Source: a virus
Taxonomy: Duplodnaviria; Caudoviricetes
DNA length: 27,727 nt
Strand: one strand, 5' to 3'
Virus record (IMG/VR): IMGVR_UViG_3300037424_001102
Location: 1-27,727 of that record
A model generated the notes under the pieces. That model searched no databases. It was given only the letters and a program-made list of their open reading frames with translations, and was not told the DNA's origin. The position numbers and the translations under genes are program-made. Positions 16,492 to 25,611 of the stretch are shown here, piece by piece (the first letter of the stretch is position 1; each line of letters begins with the position of its first letter).

Positions 16492-16708
16492 ATCAGCCGT
16501 GGGTCTTTGCTGCCTGTTTTCCATGTGTGTATTGTTCCTGGGTGTATTCCACCGTTTTCACAAACTTTTTGTAGGCAAGAAAACATGCCGGGTACTTGTT
16601 CTTTATTAGCAGTGCAATTCCTTTCTCCATCACACCGACGCAGTTGACGGTGTTTACAATTGCGTCTGTTTTCTGATTAAGTATGCTTCCTGAAATTATA
16701 CTGAACAT
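16492..16708 (-). pseudogene. macro-domain (Appr-1-p/DarG-like) gene, frameshifted and interrupted by the IS
   Basis: DAIVNTVNCVGVMEKGIA motif; after the A run the alternative frame gives KVCENGGIHPGTIHTWKTGSKDPRLI up to the IS left end. Confidence 0.75.
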
Positions 16709-16737
16709 TTTAAATTCCTCTATTTATTGTGGCTGTC

Positions 16738-17249
16738 TCAACTTTGCTTTGGAAGTTTTGGAAACGGGGGGCCGTTTTTCCAGCACCCCCAAAGATTAAC
16801 AATTGGTGTGCCAAGATCAAGTGCATATTTTATGCAGTTGTGTGTTCCGCCACGAGTTCCATTTCAGAGGGCAACAAGGACATCGCTTTTATCGACCATC
16901 CATTCATTTCTTTTTTGCATTGCCCAAGCAGAGTAGCGACCAGGTGTTATGATCTTCACCCTGTCGGCGTAAGTCAGAAGGTGCTTGTACCTCTTTCTGG
17001 ACTTTTCAGGCCACAAACTTTCCTGTCCGCGAAATGGTACTGCTGCCCAAAGAGGGATTCCCAAGTCAATTGCTGCCTCTGCCCAGGCCGTGTCCCATCC
17101 AAGGGCAAGTCCTGAAATGCAAACCGCAACCTTGGCAGCGTTTTCTTCTAGGAAGGCATGTGAAAAGTCATATAACTTCTCATCTGCTTTTTATTGTAGC
17201 CATCGAGTTTGTTTGGGCGGTGACCCGTTGCCGAAAGAACAAATGTCAT
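16738..17249 (-). pseudogene. SLOG/YspA-family gene with a frameshift and an internal stop
   Basis: ATGHRPNKL, frameshift in an A run (~17188-17192), ISGLALGWDT, AMQKRNEWMVD, then LVAL*NGTRGGTHNCIKYA with TGA at the usual Trp position. Confidence 0.8.
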
Positions 17250-17286
17250 TTTGCATTCTCCTGGGTTTGTTAAACTATACGTTAAA

Positions 17287-17322
17287 TAAAAAAAGAGGCC
17301 CCCCACTTTTGATGGGGGCCTG
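17287..17322 (-). terminator. intrinsic terminator
   Basis: AGGCCCCCA-TCAAAAG-TGGGGGCCT followed by CTTTTTTT. Confidence 0.85.
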
Positions 17323-17411
17323 AGTTGATTGGAGTCTGTCTAACAGGGGGGAGTGCTACCACTGAAGGTCGTTGTGTGGCAGTATTATAAGCCTTTAAAA
17401 AGAAATGTCGA
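17287..17411 (-). ncRNA. candidate ~90-nt sRNA (interval includes its promoter)
   Basis: TCGACA-N16-TATAAT (17411-17384), no ORF, then a terminator; contains ACTCCCCCCTGTT. Confidence 0.5.
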
Positions 17412-17417
17412 TGGTTT

Positions 17418-17732
17418 TTATGCTAAGTGTCCTTTATCTACTGGTGGAACTTTTATTGTGGTCACGTTTAAATAGACTTCACCTATTTGTGTTTCCAGAA
17501 CTTGATATTCCACCTCTGGTGGGAAGTTTGCCTCGGCAAGTGCTTGTAGCAAGGTGGCGCTGTATGAGGTTCTTCCTTCAGCTAGGCTGTCTGGACCTCG
17601 AAAGTGATCGTAACCAATGGCATTCATGATCAAACCGTGTGGAACTTTCTTTTTTCCGCACACGATGTCCTTGTGGAGACTTAGGATTGACTGCCTTATG
17701 CCCTCGATCTGGTCCAACTTGCTTGTGTTCAT
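17418..17732 (-). CDS. hypothetical protein
   Basis: 104 aa; RBS AAAGGGA. Confidence 0.7.
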   Translation of the reverse strand: MNTSKLDQIEGIRQSILSLHKDIVCGKKKVPHGLIMNAIGYDHFRGPDSLAEGRTSYSATLLQALAEANFPPEVEYQVLETQIGEVYLNVTTIKVPPVDKGHLA

Positions 17733-17746
17733 GTGAGGTCCCTTTC

Positions 17747-18022
17747 CTACAGCCGAACTCTTTTTCTGACAACCTTGCTTTTATCTATACGAAACTCCCG
17801 TCCAGGATAGCCATCATTTGGATCATCTAATGCTTGTGTGGGGGCCTTTCTTAATGCCTTTATCATCGCGCCTTTCATTGTTTCCCCCTCAGACCTGGAG
17901 ACAACCCCACATTTGTTCCTGATTGACACTTCCCATGTGCCGGTAACTTCCTTATAGAAGCCATTGGGCATTAAGCCCTTTGACTCCATCTCAATTAATA
18001 GATCATCAATGGTTTTTGTCAT
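17747..18022 (-). CDS. hypothetical protein
   Basis: 91 aa ORF in a tightly packed operon. Confidence 0.7.
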   Translation of the reverse strand: MTKTIDDLLIEMESKGLMPNGFYKEVTGTWEVSIRNKCGVVSRSEGETMKGAMIKALRKAPTQALDDPNDGYPGREFRIDKSKVVRKRVRL

Positions 18023-18029
18023 GGTGTGC

Positions 18030-18296
18030 TCAAAGTTTAGTCAACGAGTCAGCACACACGCTAAGCATTTTGGTAATGTCGCATAGGCGCAGTGTCATCA
18101 TCTCTTCAACAGAGATGCCACACATAAGGGCGAGTAGCTTGTAAATCTGTTCTGAGTTTGTGAGGTTTTGTATCTCTATCTTTGCTGCTACCACGTCACA
18201 CATGATTGGCATTCTCATTTCATATGTTTTTGTATCGGTGACTACTCTTCCAAGTAGTTCACCGGTAGCCTTAACAACATAGTCATTCATCAGCAT
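18030..18296 (-). CDS. protein resembling the Mu gp41/P2 gpE tail assembly chaperone family
   Basis: MRMPIMCDVVAA...EQIYKLLALMCGISVEEMMTLRLCD pattern; RBS ACAGGAG. Confidence 0.5.
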   Translation of the reverse strand: MLMNDYVVKATGELLGRVVTDTKTYEMRMPIMCDVVAAKIEIQNLTNSEQIYKLLALMCGISVEEMMTLRLCDITKMLSVCADSLTKL

Positions 18297-18314
18297 GTCT
18301 CCTGTTTGGCAAAA

Positions 18315-18881
18315 TCAAAAGAACGGCCCGTCCTCATCCCTTATAATAGCAACATTGCCCTGCTTCAGTACAGTCACACAATCAGCAGATGGGCCAAGAA
18401 CGTGATTCCCTTTCTCATCAATTGCCAGCACTTCATACCTTCCAGTTACGGCACAGGCGGACCTAACATACTCTTCGAACTTACCATTGACAAGAGCTTT
18501 GTACGCCTGAAACCCTGGAATATCGATGCTCATGAATGATTTTATGCCGTTGGCGTTTAAATCATTCATTATCTTTGCGTAAAGAAGTGCTATCAACGAC
18601 GATTCAAACACATCGATGACCGGGATCATTACGTCTGGCCCTCCGTCTGGACGATCCCTCCACATAACAAACGGAACCTTAGAAAATTCCAGCGAAAGGT
18701 TTCCATCCTTTTCTTTCCATTCTTGTTTTATAAACTCAAAAACAGTTGTTTTTTCTGAAAGCGTCCCGCCCCCGATAATGCTCATTGCCTCGGTTATCCA
18801 CTGAGCGGTTTCAATTTTGTTAACTTTCAACAGGTGCGTGCGACATTGTACTGTCGCTGCCGGCTCCGTGTATGTTTGCAT
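18315..18881 (-). CDS. hypothetical protein
   Basis: 188 aa; RBS AGGGA. Confidence 0.75.
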   Translation of the reverse strand: MQTYTEPAATVQCRTHLLKVNKIETAQWITEAMSIIGGGTLSEKTTVFEFIKQEWKEKDGNLSLEFSKVPFVMWRDRPDGGPDVMIPVIDVFESSLIALLYAKIMNDLNANGIKSFMSIDIPGFQAYKALVNGKFEEYVRSACAVTGRYEVLAIDEKGNHVLGPSADCVTVLKQGNVAIIRDEDGPFF

Positions 18882-18942
18882 TGGAATAATCCCTATCTAT
18901 TGAAAATTTTACCTTTTTCACTCTACTATACGTGGCTTGACT

Positions 18943-18972
18943 TTGCGCGGATTTTGTGCATTTCTTTATAAT
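18943..18972 (+). promoter_or_regulatory. possible sigma70-type promoter of the head operon
   Basis: TTGCGC-N18-TATAAT about 25 nt upstream of the protease ATG. Confidence 0.45.
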
Positions 18973-18997
18973 GTTCGCGAACAGAGGAGTGCCAAAA

Positions 18998-21136
18998 ATG
19001 CCTGCTGTTTCAACTATTAAGAAGACAGTTGTGGACGACCTTCTCAGTGGTGAAAAAATCTTCAAAGCTTTTGCCTGTGATCAGGTCAAGGCCATTGATT
19101 CGGAAAAACGCCTCATTGATTTCATCATCAGTACCGACCGTGTTGACCGCTATGGTGACAGTATTGCTGTCTCTGGGTGGGATCTGAAAGAATACAAAAG
19201 AAATCCTGTGGTGCTGTTTGGCCACGCCAGCCGGGTTCCACCGGTTGGGCGGGCAGTCAAAGTGTGGAAGGATGCTGACACACTTCGGGCAACCGCAGAA
19301 TTTATGCCACCGGACATCAGTGAATTTGCCTACAGCATTTTCAGAATGTATGAGGGTGGGTATCTCCGCTCCGTCAGTGTTGGCTTCATCCCGCTGAAGT
19401 GGGAGAAGCTCACTGACGACTCTGGCATGATGACTGGGTTTAAGTTCCTTAAGCAGGAACTTCTTGAGTTTAGCTGCGTCCCAATCCCTGCAAATCCAGA
19501 TGCCCTGGTTGATGCCAAGAAGAAGGGCATCAATCTGGACCCAATCAACGAGTGGTATGGAAAGCTGCTCGATAATTGGGATGCGGAGGCTGCTGTTGTC
19601 ACCAACCTGTATGGTGTTGACCGCAAAGGGATTGAGGAGATGAAACAGAAAGCTTCCGGTTCTGGCAAGTCCATCGTTGTTCCTCCAGGGGTGCAGGACC
19701 TCCTTCTTGCCGCAAACCTGAAAAAGATTCACCAAGTGGATAAAGTTGAGGAAGGTGCCAGTGTTAGTGATGACGTTCATTACCCGGCTGTTGGTGTGGA
19801 TGTTGCCAACAGTGCAGGAAATGTCACTTTTAAGTCTGTTGAAGTTTCACAGACTTTGGAGGAAGATAACGAGGACGGTTCAAAGGAAAAGAGCATCACC
19901 GTATCCCACCTCGTTGTTGATTTCAGCAAGGTTGCCAAGTTTTCAAAGGCACTCGTTCTTGACAAAAATTCTCCGAGCATCTCCCACAGCATGGAAAATG
20001 ACACAATCACCGTCAAAGCTTCCAACGGCGAGTTGACCTACAAGGTCCTTGGGGAAGTGGCCGGTGAGGAGGCATTTTGCGGGGAGTTGCTATCCTTTAA
20101 GGATAAGACAGGTCGTAACTGTGGTGGCATCCCTTACGGAATGGCTCACCCACAAGGAACGGCAAAGAAGGCAGAAGCAGAGCAGTGGCTTGAAGGATCT
20201 GAGATTGTTGCAAAGTGTGCTTCTGTGGAAGACCTCATGGTTATGTGTGCCTGGAAGGCTGACAAGCCAGCAAGTGATCTTACGGTTGAGGACTTCAAAC
20301 TTCCACACCACACGTGCGGTGGTGATTATGCCGTTGTTTGGAAGGGTTTGGTCAAGGCCACTGCGAGTCTTCCAAAGATTGGTGCTTCAGAGTCCGAGAT
20401 GTTCATTGCCCAACAGCACTTGGATAAGCACTATAAGGAGTTTGGAAAGGAGGGACCGTGGGATAAGAGCGCCAGTGAGTGGTTGCGCTATCTCCAGTCC
20501 GCCGCGTCTGGCAGGACCTCCTCGTGCCGTGGTATGTGCAAGAGCCTTTTTGGTGATGATCTTGTTCCGGAGGAGGTGTGGCCGCTGACTGAAGAGGAGA
20601 AGGCTGCACTTGCTGAGGAAGTTGTCACACTTCCAGAAAACAAGGACAAGGAGCAGCCATCTGTGGTTACCCAGTCCTTGGATGTGAAAGTTGCCCCTGT
20701 TGTGACGGATGATGAACAACAGGAAACTGGCAAGCCAGAGCAGCAAAAGGGTGCTGCTGACAAGGACGACAAGGACTGTTCCGACATTAGCATTGAGGAG
20801 GTGTGTTCAAAAGCGGAGGAGTTTATTTCCCAGCTTGAAGATGAGTTGGTTAAGTTTATCAAAAGCCTTGCACCCCCAAGCAGGAAAGAAATTAGGAAGC
20901 TGCGGTTTATTCGTGGCTGCCTATTTGATGTCTTGAAGACACTTGGGGAAGTTATTGGAGAGGAATCACCGGAGGACATCGGTGAGGATGATGAACCAAC
21001 AAAGAAGCAAGCCCGCCAGTCATTGACATTTGATCAAGTCGACAGGTTCCTTGAGAGCCCGTTGGTGCTTGAAAAAATCAAACTGGCGGTGTCACGTGCC
21101 ATTGAGAAGGAGCGTGGTCGCCTTCCCAACGCTTGA
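18998..21136 (+). CDS. HK97-family prohead protease with a long C-terminal extension
   Basis: DRYGD, NPVVLFGH, LRSVSVGF and ELLEFSCVPIPANPDAL motifs; RBS AGAGGAG; about 712 aa. Confidence 0.9.
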   Translation: MPAVSTIKKTVVDDLLSGEKIFKAFACDQVKAIDSEKRLIDFIISTDRVDRYGDSIAVSGWDLKEYKRNPVVLFGHASRVPPVGRAVKVWKDADTLRATAEFMPPDISEFAYSIFRMYEGGYLRSVSVGFIPLKWEKLTDDSGMMTGFKFLKQELLEFSCVPIPANPDALVDAKKKGINLDPINEWYGKLLDNWDAEAAVVTNLYGVDRKGIEEMKQKASGSGKSIVVPPGVQDLLLAANLKKIHQVDKVEEGASVSDDVHYPAVGVDVANSAGNVTFKSVEVSQTLEEDNEDGSKEKSITVSHLVVDFSKVAKFSKALVLDKNSPSISHSMENDTITVKASNGELTYKVLGEVAGEEAFCGELLSFKDKTGRNCGGIPYGMAHPQGTAKKAEAEQWLEGSEIVAKCASVEDLMVMCAWKADKPASDLTVEDFKLPHHTCGGDYAVVWKGLVKATASLPKIGASESEMFIAQQHLDKHYKEFGKEGPWDKSASEWLRYLQSAASGRTSSCRGMCKSLFGDDLVPEEVWPLTEEEKAALAEEVVTLPENKDKEQPSVVTQSLDVKVAPVVTDDEQQETGKPEQQKGAADKDDKDCSDISIEEVCSKAEEFISQLEDELVKFIKSLAPPSRKEIRKLRFIRGCLFDVLKTLGEVIGEESPEDIGEDDEPTKKQARQSLTFDQVDRFLESPLVLEKIKLAVSRAIEKERGRLPNA

Positions 21137-21173
21137 TCACTGTGGGCAAATTTTTAGAAAGAGGATTACATAA

Positions 21174-22403
21174 ATGCCAAAGGAAAACGAAGTCATCAAC
21201 ATGGAAGATCTCGACAAGTTGATTGCCGCGAGCCTCGAAAAGTCGGTGGCTGCTGCTGTTGCTGCTGCCTTGAAGGAATTGCGCCCCGGTATTGGTGATG
21301 CGGAAGATGTTTTTGACCGCAACTCCGGTATCACTCGTGGTCGCAAGTTCCAGCTTGGAGAGGACAAGAAGGGCATCGCCGCTGCTCGGCTTGTCCGTTG
21401 CTTGGCTTTTGCCAAAGGCGATGTCGCCAAAGCCGCTTGGTTTGCCAAGAAGGCTTTCAATGATGATCTTGGTGATGAGATCCACCGTGCCCTTACAGCC
21501 GGTGACATGAGTGCTGCTGGTTCCTTGATCCCGCCCGCTTATGCGGCTGAGATCATCGAACTGTTGCGTTCGGCCACCGTTGTTCGCCGTGCCCAGGCGC
21601 GTGTTGTGCCCCTGGATAACGGGACGCTGACCATCCGCAAGCAGACTGCTGGCTCCACCGCCTCATACGTTGGTGAGTCGGAAAACATTGGCGTGACCAT
21701 CCCGGAAACCGGGCTGCTCGTGCTGTCCGCCAAGAAGCTTGCTGCCATTGTGCCAATCAGCAATGAGCTTCTGAAGTGGACCGCTGGACCGAGCGCGGAC
21801 GAGTTCGTCCGTGACGATCTTGTTGCTGAGATCTCGGTTCGCGAGGATCGTGCATTCATCCGTGATGATGGCACCGATCACACGCCAAAGGGCATGCGGT
21901 ATTGGGCGGCTGCGTCCAATGTCACCGCCTCCAATGGCAACACATCCGCAAACATTGAAGAGGACTTCCGTAACCTCATCGATGGGCTGGAAGACAACGA
22001 CGTCAAGCTGCTGCGTCCGGCGTGGTTCATGCACCCGTCCCGCAAGAACTACCTGCGGAATCTGCGTGATCCAAACGGCAACCTGATTTACCCGGAAGTC
22101 CGTCAGGCCAATCCAACCCTGTATGGGTACCCCCTGTTCCCGACGACTAGCATCCCGAAGAACCTGGGTGTTGGTGGAAATGAATCGGAGGTGTACTTCG
22201 CCGACATGGCAGACGCCCTGATTGGTGAGGCACAAGGGATTGAGATCGCGGTCGACAGTTCCGCCGCCTACCTCGAGGGCGGTGTGGTCAAGTCCGCGTT
22301 CTCCCGTGATGAGACCCTGATCCGCGCGATCGAGATGCATGACTTTGCTCTCCGTCACAACGTCAGTGTTTCTATCAAGACCGGCGTGACTTGGGGCGCG
22401 TAA
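21174..22403 (+). CDS. major capsid protein (HK97 fold)
   Basis: GSLIPPAYAAEIIELLR, YVGE, KKLAAIVPISNELL and LYGYP motifs; follows the protease. Confidence 0.95.
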   Translation: MPKENEVINMEDLDKLIAASLEKSVAAAVAAALKELRPGIGDAEDVFDRNSGITRGRKFQLGEDKKGIAAARLVRCLAFAKGDVAKAAWFAKKAFNDDLGDEIHRALTAGDMSAAGSLIPPAYAAEIIELLRSATVVRRAQARVVPLDNGTLTIRKQTAGSTASYVGESENIGVTIPETGLLVLSAKKLAAIVPISNELLKWTAGPSADEFVRDDLVAEISVREDRAFIRDDGTDHTPKGMRYWAAASNVTASNGNTSANIEEDFRNLIDGLEDNDVKLLRPAWFMHPSRKNYLRNLRDPNGNLIYPEVRQANPTLYGYPLFPTTSIPKNLGVGGNESEVYFADMADALIGEAQGIEIAVDSSAAYLEGGVVKSAFSRDETLIRAIEMHDFALRHNVSVSIKTGVTWGA

Positions 22404-22424
22404 GGTCCCGCCTTGTACGAAACC

Positions 22425-22449
22425 GGGGAAGGGCGCAGTGCCCTTCCCC
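22425..22449 (+). terminator. hairpin after the capsid gene
   Basis: GGGGAAGGGC-GCAGT-GCCCTTCCCC; weak U tract. Confidence 0.5.
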
Positions 22450-22471
22450 ATTAAATAAGGAGTGAAACACG

Positions 22472-22915
22472 ATGAATCCTTCTTTCATGCGGAACATCGG
22501 GGCCTACTTCGCCTGCGTGCCGGGGTTGGCCTCTGTTGCAAAAACCACTTCGACCGATGGGTCTGCTCTTAACGGTCTGACTTTTGACCGCAACAGCTAC
22601 GCGGCCATGCTCCTCTCTTGCAAGGTCTCCGTGCTTTGCGCCGCTGTTCTTGCCTCGGACGAGACCCTGACCGTGGCGTGTGCGCTTGAGGACAGTGCAA
22701 ACGGAAGCTCTTGGGCTGAATATTCCACTGCTGCTGCTGACGTTGTTATCAGTGAAAGTGGTAATGCTGTGGCGGAGTTCAACTTCGACCTTAGCGGTGC
22801 CCGTCGGTACGTCCGGCCGGTCATCACTCCAACCCTGAGTGCTACGTCTGCGGACACCGTCACTCTTGGTGCCATTGTCAACGTTGGTGGATCGGTGGAG
22901 CTGCCAATCGTGTAA
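22472..22915 (+). CDS. putative capsid decoration/cement protein
   Basis: Beta-rich, LEDSANGSSW...RRYVR pattern; directly after the MCP gene. Confidence 0.6.
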   Translation: MNPSFMRNIGAYFACVPGLASVAKTTSTDGSALNGLTFDRNSYAAMLLSCKVSVLCAAVLASDETLTVACALEDSANGSSWAEYSTAAADVVISESGNAVAEFNFDLSGARRYVRPVITPTLSATSADTVTLGAIVNVGGSVELPIV

Positions 22916-22977
22916 GCAGTATTCTGGACATGGGGTGGGGACAGCCCTGCCCCATGTTCTAAAATAAGGAGACGCTC

Positions 22978-23286
22978 ATGCTGTTAAAGATAAGCGACGG
23001 TTCCGGAGGGTGGACCCTACTGGACAACGTTGATAGGGTCCACATTTCGTCTTTGCACAAGGAAATAAGAACAGCAGATGATCTCAGTAACATAAAAACC
23101 CCGGGTGAGAATGAAAGGGTTGTGTTGATTTCAAAGGATTGCTTTCCACTGAAAAACGGACGAGGAATTGACACTGGGATTCTTGAGGTTGTTCGTGGTG
23201 GAAAGTTGCTATCAGTCATCTACACGGACGTTACCTACGTGTGCGATGACAGAGGAAACACTATGGAGAAGGTTGTTGTTCGTTAA
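22978..23286 (+). CDS. hypothetical protein
   Basis: 102 aa; RBS AAGGAG. Confidence 0.75.
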   Translation: MLLKISDGSGGWTLLDNVDRVHISSLHKEIRTADDLSNIKTPGENERVVLISKDCFPLKNGRGIDTGILEVVRGGKLLSVIYTDVTYVCDDRGNTMEKVVVR

Positions 23287-23308
23287 CTTAGGAAGATAGG
23301 AGCATGTC

Positions 23309-23668
23309 ATGAAAGATGCAATCAGGTTTGTTCGACGTTCTGGGATTTATGGGCCAAATGATATTGCGGCGTTTGCGCCCGCTGTGTCGGCCTCCTATGT
23401 CAGGGCCGGGGTGGCAGTTCGAATGAAGCCAGAGGGCCAGAAAACAGCCGACAGCCCCCCTGCAAAGCCCACCGTTACCCAGGTTGTGGACCAGGACCCC
23501 CAAAAGGTTGACGAGCCAGCCGGTATGCCTGAAGCCGAAGACGCTGATGAGGAAGCGGACCGCAGTGCTGAGTCCCGCAAGCGCACGCGCATCATGGACA
23601 CCGGAACAAAGGAATTCAGTAGTGTGACCAAGGCAAAAACCACAAGGAAGCCCCGGGTCAAGAAGTGA
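23309..23668 (+). CDS. hypothetical head-region protein
   Basis: 119 aa; RBS AGGAG; low-complexity tail. Confidence 0.7.
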   Translation: MKDAIRFVRRSGIYGPNDIAAFAPAVSASYVRAGVAVRMKPEGQKTADSPPAKPTVTQVVDQDPQKVDEPAGMPEAEDADEEADRSAESRKRTRIMDTGTKEFSSVTKAKTTRKPRVKK

Positions 23669-23677
23669 GGGTTTGTT

Positions 23678-24319
23678 ATGAGCATCGTCGTCGTTACCGC
23701 CGCAACGGACAGCTTGCTGACCACAGTGGATGCGGTCAAAGTGGAGCTCAACATCTCAGGAACCGACGACGATGCTCACATTACCAACCTAATTCAGGAA
23801 GCATCCGATCTGATCAAAAATTATACTGGACGTGTTTTTGGGAAAGAAAAAGTAAGAGAGACTATTGGTGCAAAGGGCCTACCGGAGATCCTTCTTGAGA
23901 GGACGCCAATTGTTTCTATTGAGGGCATTACATTCAACGGTTTGGCCATTACTGATTATTCTATTCAGGATGCAGACGCCGGGGTGCTGTTTAAGGTCAG
24001 TGGTTGGACAAGTACGGAACTTTCCTGGACAACTTTTGCAAGGCACCCTTCCCAGTACATGGAGCCTTTGTGGGCATTCACTTATTGGGGCGGGTATGTC
24101 CTTCCAAATTGGGACGACACCATGGACCCAAGGACACTACCACATGACTTGGAGCGGGCGTGCATAGATATTGCAAAGACTCTTTACAAGGCCCGCAATG
24201 TGGATGGAACAATAAGCAGATACAAGATTGGAGACACCGACGTTTCTTGGGATAAGAAGGCTGGGTACTTCAGCCAGAGCGTTTCAGGTGTCCTGGACTT
24301 CTACAGGAGGGCATACTGA
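23678..24319 (+). CDS. head-tail connector/adaptor
   Basis: LTTVDAVKVEL...DDAHITNLIQEASDLIKNYTGR...LPHDLERAC. Confidence 0.85.
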   Translation: MSIVVVTAATDSLLTTVDAVKVELNISGTDDDAHITNLIQEASDLIKNYTGRVFGKEKVRETIGAKGLPEILLERTPIVSIEGITFNGLAITDYSIQDADAGVLFKVSGWTSTELSWTTFARHPSQYMEPLWAFTYWGGYVLPNWDDTMDPRTLPHDLERACIDIAKTLYKARNVDGTISRYKIGDTDVSWDKKAGYFSQSVSGVLDFYRRAY

Positions 24320-24651
24320 TGTCCTTCCTTAATGCATTTCTAACCCAGACAGCTACCTATTGGGCACCGGGTGCCCCCGATGGGTATGGTGGGTATACAT
24401 TTGCATCTCCTGCCCAATTACGGGTGCGGTGGGAGAATAGATCTGTTGCTGCAACAGATCAAAATGGGAAACAGTTTCTATCAAGGTCGATCATCTACCT
24501 TGAAAACGATGTTGTTCTTGATGGTTACTTATTTCTTGGGGCAAGTTCCACCGTGGACCCAAGAGGCGTTGCCGGGGCGGTGACCATAAAGGATTTCAGG
24601 AAGGTGCCATCCCTTGATGGGTCAGAGTTTGAAAGAAGGGCTCTGCTCTAA
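24319..24651 (+). CDS. head closure/head-tail joining protein
   Basis: QTATYW...DGYGG pattern and position. Confidence 0.7.
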   Translation: MSFLNAFLTQTATYWAPGAPDGYGGYTFASPAQLRVRWENRSVAATDQNGKQFLSRSIIYLENDVVLDGYLFLGASSTVDPRGVAGAVTIKDFRKVPSLDGSEFERRALL

Positions 24652-25103
24652 TGGCCATAAAGAAAACAATTTTTGCCGGTGGGCAGACTGGGGTTGATAA
24701 CTCCAGGTCGATAAATGCTGCAATTTCGGCATACAAAGAGTTTGCTGAGGTTGCCCGCAGTGATGCTGTCAGGATACTGCGTGGCGTTGGCAGAATAATC
24801 CTAGATTCAACAATACCGTTTGTCCCACTTCAGACAGGTGCATTGAGGGAAAGCGGAAGGTTTAATGTTGAACGAACTAGGCAGGGTGCGAGGCTGGTGA
24901 TTTCGTTTGGTGGTGGTGATTATCCTGTTACCCCAACTGAGAATGCACCAACCGGTTTTGTGGATTATGCAGTTCTTGTACATGAGGATTTAACAAGGAA
25001 CTATAAGGTTGGTGGTCCAAAGTTTTTGGATCTCGGCATTGGGGCAGCAAGAACACAATTTGACCAGTACGTGGTGGATGAGTTTAGGAAGTTGGCAAAA
25101 TGA
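24651..25103 (+). CDS. neck/tail completion protein (HK97 gp10-like)
   Basis: VPLQTGALRES...YAVLVHE...GPKFL. Confidence 0.75.
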   Translation: MAIKKTIFAGGQTGVDNSRSINAAISAYKEFAEVARSDAVRILRGVGRIILDSTIPFVPLQTGALRESGRFNVERTRQGARLVISFGGGDYPVTPTENAPTGFVDYAVLVHEDLTRNYKVGGPKFLDLGIGAARTQFDQYVVDEFRKLAK

Positions 25104-25525
25104 CCGCACCAACTGTTGATATGAAGGATCTGCTGGTCAGCCAGGGCATAGGGGCGTTTGCTGCCTCAACCGGTTGGGGGATCTATATTGGCAATGAGCC
25201 TGATTCCCCAGATACCACGATTACTCTTTTTGACACGCCCGGGGAGCCAGCAAACCCAAAGTTCCGCCTTGATTACCCACGCTGGCAGTTGCGTACACGT
25301 GGAGCACCAAACGGGTACCCTGCTGCTTTTGATAAGGCCACGGCGGCAAGGAATGTTCTTCTTGGTCACGCTGCAACCGTGATCAATACATCAAGGTATG
25401 ATGGTATTTTTCTTGTTACGGATACGTTTCTTTTGAAAATTGATGAAAAGCAGAGGCCCATATTTGTGAGTAATTGGAGGGCGTTCAAAGAACCTGCATC
25501 AGGTGGAAACAGGGTTTCACTGTGA
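25100..25525 (+). CDS. tail terminator
   Basis: EPDSPD...QLRTRG...DEKQRPIF pattern; directly before the tail tube gene. Confidence 0.7.
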   Translation: MTAPTVDMKDLLVSQGIGAFAASTGWGIYIGNEPDSPDTTITLFDTPGEPANPKFRLDYPRWQLRTRGAPNGYPAAFDKATAARNVLLGHAATVINTSRYDGIFLVTDTFLLKIDEKQRPIFVSNWRAFKEPASGGNRVSL

Positions 25526-25611
25526 AGGAGTTGGGTACTGTTGTTTGTTTAGGTAGATAGCGAGGCGATCAATTCAAATGGGCTCTTTGCCCCGGCTAAG
25601 GAGGTTTAGGA

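Noticed and set aside
16862-16866. TGA-to-Trp genetic code reassignment
   Set aside because: Many intact genes end in TGA and use TGG for Trp. The same gene also has a frameshift, so this is a nonsense mutation.
19010-22451. Long antisense ORFs within the protease and capsid genes
   Set aside because: They are shadow ORFs opposite well-supported structural genes.
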